From assembly GCF_009914755.1 (NCBI RefSeq), contig NC_060928.1: a stretch of 64,000 nucleotides of DNA. One strand, given 5' to 3'. The translations under genes and the position numbers were made by a program. Below, piece by piece: positions 57,140-64,000 of this stretch. The DNA comes from the human T2T-CHM13v2.0 reference genome, Homo sapiens. The number at the start of each line of letters is the position of its first letter. Positions within the stretch are counted from its first letter, which is position 1. Below the pieces are notes generated by a model that had not been told where the DNA came from, searched no databases, and saw only the letters and a list, made by a program, of their open reading frames with translations.

Positions 57140-59448
57140 TGAAACGGGAAAAATTCCCTTATCCCCCTTGTAGGGCATGTGATGAGTTGCTCACTTCTTC
57201 GGTGCCCCACTGCTCTAACCCCTAAGGGGAGCATGCAGACGGTTTGGTTGTGGGACCCCACAGCCGTGTCTAGAGGTGAATGTTTATAGCTCCTGGGGCC
57301 CCAACGGGCCTGTGTTACAGGGTGGTCTTTTAGCCATTTGTAGGCGGCTTGTGTTAGCTCAATTAGACCCCCTGCCTTATCACAAGAACAGAGGACTTTC
57401 TGTATCCCGGGATTTCTTGCCTTGGTGTGTCCGGAATTGGCGGGTTCTTGGTCTCACTGACTTCAAGAATGAAGCCGCGGACCCTCGAGGTGAGTGTTAC
57501 AGTTCTTAAAGGTGGCGTGTCCGGAGTTTGTTCCTTCTGATGCTCCTTCTGATGTTCGGATGTGTTCGGAGTTTCTTCCTTCTGGTGGGTTCGTGGTCTC
57601 GCTGACTTCAAGAGTGAAGCTGCAGACCTTCGCGCTGAGTGTTACAGCTCTGTGTCCGAAATTGGTGGGTTCTTGGTCTCACTTACTTCAAGAATGAAGC
57701 CGCGGACCTTCGCGGTGCTTGCTACAGTTTTTAAAGGAGGGGTGTCCGGAGTTTGTTCCTCCTGATGTTTGGATGTGTTCGCAGTTTTTTCCTTCTGGTG
57801 GGTTTGCGGTCTTGCTGGCTTCAGGAGTGAAGCTGCAGATCTTCGCGATGAGTCTTACAGCTCACAAAGGCAGTGTGGACCCAAAGAGTGAGCAGCAGCA
57901 AGACTTATTGCAAAGAGCGAAAGAACAAACCCTCCACAACGTGGAAGAGGACTCCAGCAGGCTACCACTGCCAGCGCCAGCAGCCTGCTTTTTTATACTC
58001 TTATCTGGCCCCACCCACATCCTGCTGATTGATCCATTTTACAGAGAGCTGATTGGTCTGTTTCACAGAGAGCTGATTGGTCCGTTTTGACAGGGTGCTG
58101 ATGGGTGCCTTTACAGTCCCTCAGCTAGACACAAAAGTTCTCCAGGTCCCCACTAGATTAGCTAGAGGGCTGATTGGTGTATTTACAAACCCTGAGCTAG
58201 ACACAGAGTGCTGATTGGTGCATTCACAATCCCTTAGCTACACATAAAGGTTCTCCAAGTCCCCACTAAACTCAGGAACCCAGCTGGCTTCACCCAGTGG
58301 ATCCACAGGGGGGCATGCCGCAGGTGGAGCTGCCTGCCAGTCTCGTGCCTTGCGCCTGCACTCCTCAGCCCTTGGGCGGTCGATGGGACTGGGCGCTGTG
58401 GAGAAGGGGAAGGTGCTCGTGGGGGAGGCTCGGCCCAAGCAGGAGCCCTCCGCGGGGGTGGAGAGAGGCTCAGGCATGGCGGGCTGCAGGTCCCGAGCCC
58501 TGCCCCACGGGGAGGCAGCTAAGGCCGGGCGAGAAATTGAGTGCAGCGCCTGTGGGCCGGCACTGCTGGAGGACCCGGCGCACCCTCCGCAGCTGCTGGC
58601 CCGGGTGCTAAGCCCCTCACTGCCGGGGTCCACTCTGAGTGCGGGCCCGCCAAGCCCACCTCATCCGGAACTCTATCTAGCTGGCCCCTAAGCGCTGCGC
58701 GCAGCCCAGGTTCCCGCCCACGTCTCTCCCTCCACACCTCCGGGCAAGCTGAGTGAGCCGGCTCCGGCCTCAACCAGCCCAGAGAGGGGCGCCCAAAGCG
58801 CAGTGGCGGGCTGAAGGGCTCCCCGAGCATAGCCAGAGCGGACGCCGAGGCCAGGGAGGCGCCAAGAGCGAGCGAGGGCTGTGAGGGCTGTCAGCGTGCT
58901 GTCACGTCTCATTGGTGTACTGGAAGAACTGGAGGGCACATGGACTTAGAGAATGAGTGCAAGGTTTTATTGAGTGGAAGTAGCTCTCAGCAGATGGGGG
59001 AGCCATAAGGCTGATGGAGTGGGAAAGTGGTTTTATTCCCGGAGTCAGGCAGCTCAGTGGCCCAGGCTTTCCTCCAACCATCCCATCCAAACTGTGAGCC
59101 ATTCCACCGGTGGATAGCCAGCCGGAGTGCTCTTCCTTAGGTGTGCTCCCCTCAACGCCTTCTCAAGCTCCAGCCACCTGTATGTTCTTCCGCCAATGTG
59201 TTCTTCCGCCAATGTTTTCCTCTTTACTTCCAACCACATGTGTGTCTGCCTGCTAGAGTCTAGGGGGGTGGTTATAGGCACCGGATGGGGGGTGTGGCGG
59301 CCCGGGGTGGTCTTGGGAAATGCATCATTTGGGCAGGAAAACAGAAGCCTGTCGTCATCTAGGTCCTTGGGCACAGGCCCAGGAGTGAAGCCCTAGCCAG
59401 GACCACGCCCTTGCTTTCCCAGCACTTCCCTTCCTCGCTTCTGTATCA
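57140..59448 (-). mobile_element. LTR9-like ERV1 solo LTR split by LTR12 (57140-57425 and 58912-59448)
   Basis: Homologous to 33316-34104; tgaaacggg...ctgtatca. Confidence 0.88.
57426..58911 (-). mobile_element. LTR12 solo LTR with duplicated U5 terminus
   Basis: tgtgtccggaattgg...gtcacgtctca; TSD ttgg; ATTGG repeats; CpG-rich U3. Confidence 0.96.
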
Positions 59449-59754
59449 GTAATAGTCTCTGAGTACACAAGCGGTTCCATCCAGCGTCCTTGTTCACCAG
59501 CACAGGAGCGGGTAATAGTAAGGGAAGTATTGAAGAGAGCCTCATTTGGTCAGTCACTGAGCCCGATTGGCCAGGTACTAAGTAATGATCCCAGTGTTCT
59601 TTAACCTGTTGTTGAGTACATGGGAAAGGATTGGTCAAGGCTGCCTTTTTCTCTGCCCAGGACCAGCAAAGGGTCAAACAGGAAAAGGACAATGAGCATC
59701 AGATCTTAATCTAAATCTAAATCTAAATCTTGAATCTAAATTTTCTCTCAGTAG

Positions 59755-60177
<423 letters not shown>

Positions 60178-60289
60178 GTTTTCTAATCTTTTATGACCAC
60201 TGCGTTAGGTCGTAAACTGTTTGCCATGCTTCCGGTTTCTCTCGCTGAAAGAATATACATCTCTACACTGATGAACTCAAGTGAAACGG

Positions 60290-60540
60290 GCAGAAGTGAT
60301 ACATATCACTTCCTGTTATCATGTCTGGGCAAAGCTTTAGCCAGCTCACGTCTTCTCTTCTCTCTTTCCTCTGCCATGGCAGAGGAAGCAGCCTAGTCCA
60401 CATACAGAGTCCTGGAGTAAAGATGATGTAGAACAAACTTGCAGTCATGGCACCATGGACAGGTTGTATGCACAAGAAATAGGTCCTTGTAGGTTAAGCC
60501 GTTGAAGTTCCGCAGTCATTTGTCATCACAGCATAACTAG
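60290..60540 (+). mobile_element. Old MLT1 fragment
   Basis: gcagaagtgatacatatcacttcc...ttgtcatcacagcataactagcct. Confidence 0.55.
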
Positions 60541-60609
60541 CCTGGCAGTTCTCAAAGTGCAGTCTTCAAACTCCTGTGGGTCCTCAGACCCTTTCATGGT
60601 ATCCATTAG

Positions 60610-60959
<350 letters not shown>

Positions 60960-61029
60960 TAATACTGAGACATCGTTTGCTTTTTTCATCGTGTTGACAT
61001 TTACATTAATGGTGTAAAAGTAATGGTGG

Positions 61030-61450
61030 GTCTCCATCCATTTGTGTTACTATAAAAGAATATCTGACACTGGGTAATTTACAAAGAAAAGAAGGTATAT
61101 TTGGCTTATGGTTCTTCAGGCTGTACAAGAAGCATGACACCAGCATCTGCTTCTGGTGAGGGTCTCAGGCTGCTTCTACTCATGGTAGAAGGAGAAGGGG
61201 AGCTGGCTTGTGCAGAGATCACGTGGCCAGGGAGCAAAAGAGAGGGGAGGTGCCAAGCTTTTTATAAATAACCAGCTCTCTCAGGAGCTAACAGAGCGAG
61301 AACTCATTCGTCTCCCACCCAAGGAAGGCCTTAACTTATTCACGAGGGATCCACCCTTGTGACCCAGACACCTTGACTGCACCCCACCTCCAACACTGGG
61401 GATTGAATTTCATTATGAGGGTTGGAGGGTCAAATATCCAAACTATAGCA
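61030..61450 (-). mobile_element. MSTB-type solo LTR
   Basis: ataaaagaatatctgacactggg...caaatatccaaactatagca; TSD gtggg/atggg. Confidence 0.88.
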
Positions 61451-61561
61451 ATGGGTAAAATGGCTGGTCCTTATCACAAATCACAGTAGAATACCAAACT
61501 GTACTTAGTAGTCATTGTAGTTTTCACCCCATGCAGTCATAGTTTTTTAAATGCAAATTCT

Positions 61562-61875
61562 TGCCAGGAACTGTGGTTCATGCCTGTAATCCCAGCACTT
61601 TGGAAGGCCACGGCAGAAAGATAGCTTGAGCCCAGGAGTTTGAGACCAGCCTGGGCAACATAGCAAGACCCTATCTCTTCAATAAATAAAACATTAGGCA
61701 TGGTGGTGCATGACTGCAGTCACAGCTACTTGGAACACTGAGGTGGATCACTTGAACCTGGGAGGTTGAGGCTGCAGTGAAACATGATTATGCCACTGTG
61801 CTCCAGCCTGGATGACAGAGCAAAACCTTGTCTCCGAAAATTAAAAAATAAAATCAATAATAAATAAATAAAATA
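61562..61875 (+). mobile_element. AluJ-type
   Basis: Diverged Alu, (AATA)n tail. Confidence 0.92.
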
Positions 61876-62304
61876 TAAGTTTTGCCTTATCACTTAATGC
61901 AACAGAAAAAAAAGACTTTTTTTAAATCTCACTTTTGAGTACACATCTTAATATTGTTTGTGATGAAATATAATGTAGACATAAAGCTCTTTCACTGCAT
62001 ACCAAAATACTGTGGTTTGTCATGAGAAAAAATACTTATGATTGTTTGAGCTACAAACGGAATTAGCTACTTTTCCATTTTTTAAAAATTTCATATTTAT
62101 GAGGATGACTGACAGACAAATTACAGTTATTCAGACTTAATTATTTGGCAAACATATTCTTGCCAATGATAAACTTCAGATTTCAAGTGAATCTTAGCAT
62201 TTTGGAAACCTTTTATCTGACATCATGAGCTTGATAACTGCTAATACTTAAAATTTTTTTCCTAATGAGATCAGTGGTAATGTGAATTAACGTGGATTTT
62301 TTCA

Positions 62305-62635
<331 letters not shown>

Positions 62636-62647
62636 AAGAACATGTGC

Positions 62648-64000
62648 CGCAACAAATTAGGCTTCAAAGAAGCATACCTCAAAATAATAAAAGCCATCTA
62701 TGACAAACTGACAGCCAACATCATACTGAATGGGCAAAAGCTGGAAGCATTCCCCTTAAGAATAGGAATAAGACAAGAATGCCCACTCTCACCACTCCTA
62801 TTCAGCATAGTACTGAAAATCTTAGCAAGAGCAATCAGGCAAAAAAAGGAAAGAAAAAGCATCCAAATAGAAAAAGAAGCAGTCACATTATCTTTCTTCT
62901 CCAATAATATGATTCTATACCCAGAAAACCTAAGAGCTCTACAAAAAGGCCCCTAGAATGGAAAAAGAGGTTTCAGTAAAGTTTCAGTATACAAAATCAG
63001 TGTACAAAAATCAGTAGCATTTCTATACACCAATAATGTTCAAGCTGAGAGCCAAACAAGAACACAATCTCATTTACAATAGTCACAAATAAAATAATAA
63101 AATAAAAAAAATACCTAGGAATACATCCAACCAAGGAGATGAAAGATCTCCACAAGGAGAAATACAAAACACTGCTGAAAGAAATTATAGATGATACAAA
63201 CAAATGGAAAAACATTCCATACTCATGCATTGGAAGACTCAGTATCATTAAAGTGGTAATACTACCCAAAGCAATCTATAGATTCAACACTATCCCTATC
63301 AAACTACCAACATCATTTTTCACAGAATTAGAAAAAAAAAAAACTATTCTAAAATTCATGTAGTACCAGAAAAGAGTCCAAACAGCCAAACAAAAAGAAA
63401 CAAAGCTGGAGGCCTCACATTACCTGTTGTCAAACTATGCTATACAACTACAGTAACCAAAAGAGCATGGTACTACAGTGTATAAAAACAGACACATAAA
63501 CCAATGGAGCAGAATAGAGAACCCAGAAATAAAGCCACATGCCTACAACCATCTGATCTTCTACAAAGTCAACAAAAATAAACAATGGGGAAAGGACTCC
63601 CTGTTCAATAAGTGATGCTGAGATAAAACTAGGTAGCCATGTTCAGAAAAATGAAATTGAACCCCTACCTTTCACCACATACAAAAAGATTAACTCAAGA
63701 AGAATTAAAAATTTAAATATAAGACTTCAAACTATAAAAATCCCAGACAAAAACCTGGGAAATACTCTTCTCAACATTAGCCTTGGCAAAGAATTTACGG
63801 CTAAGTCCTCAAGAGCAACTGCAACAAAAACAAAAATTGACAAGTGGGACTTAATTAGACTAAAGAGCTTCTGCACAGCAAGAGAAACTATCAACAGAGT
63901 AAACAGACAACCTACAGAATGGGAGAAAATGTTTGCAAACTATGTACCCAACAAAGGTTTAATGTCCAGGATCTGTAAAGAACTTAAACAATTCAACAAG
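62648..64000 (+). mobile_element. L1 ORF2 RT/C-terminal region (older L1P), runs off window end
   Basis: [28 protein letters not shown]...CPLSPLLF; stops and frameshifts. Confidence 0.95.

Noticed and set aside
59182-59215. 16-bp tandem duplication tgttcttccgccaatg
   Set aside because: Small duplication inside the LTR9-like element; no evidence of function
59703-59741. (AATCTA)n short tandem resembling a telomere-like repeat
   Set aside because: Few imperfect units and not TTAGGG-related; ordinary slippage

Overview
Primate (human-like) non-coding genomic DNA dominated by interspersed repeats: about 23 Alus, young and old L1 fragments, MIR/L2, MaLR LTRs (MST/THE1/MLT1), ERV1 solo LTRs (two LTR12, two LTR9-like), and DNA-transposon fossils (Tigger4-like, Kanga/Tc2-like, Blackjack-like, Charlie-like, MER3, MER5). 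The only host-gene-derived sequence I recognise is a decayed processed RPS7 pseudogene (minus strand, ~49.45-50.1 kb). I see no intact protein-coding gene, RNA gene or CRISPR array; the supplied ORFs are repeat-derived or chance ORFs. I cannot support a claim of a new biological system. The most notable structures are an apparently inverted/deleted MSTA provirus, a tail-less Alu fused to an L1 3' end, an LTR12 with a duplicated terminus nested in an LTR9-like LTR, and a perfect hairpin carrying AATAAA on both strands. Repeat subfamily names come from my recall of consensus sequences, not from a database search, and boundaries of old elements are approximate.
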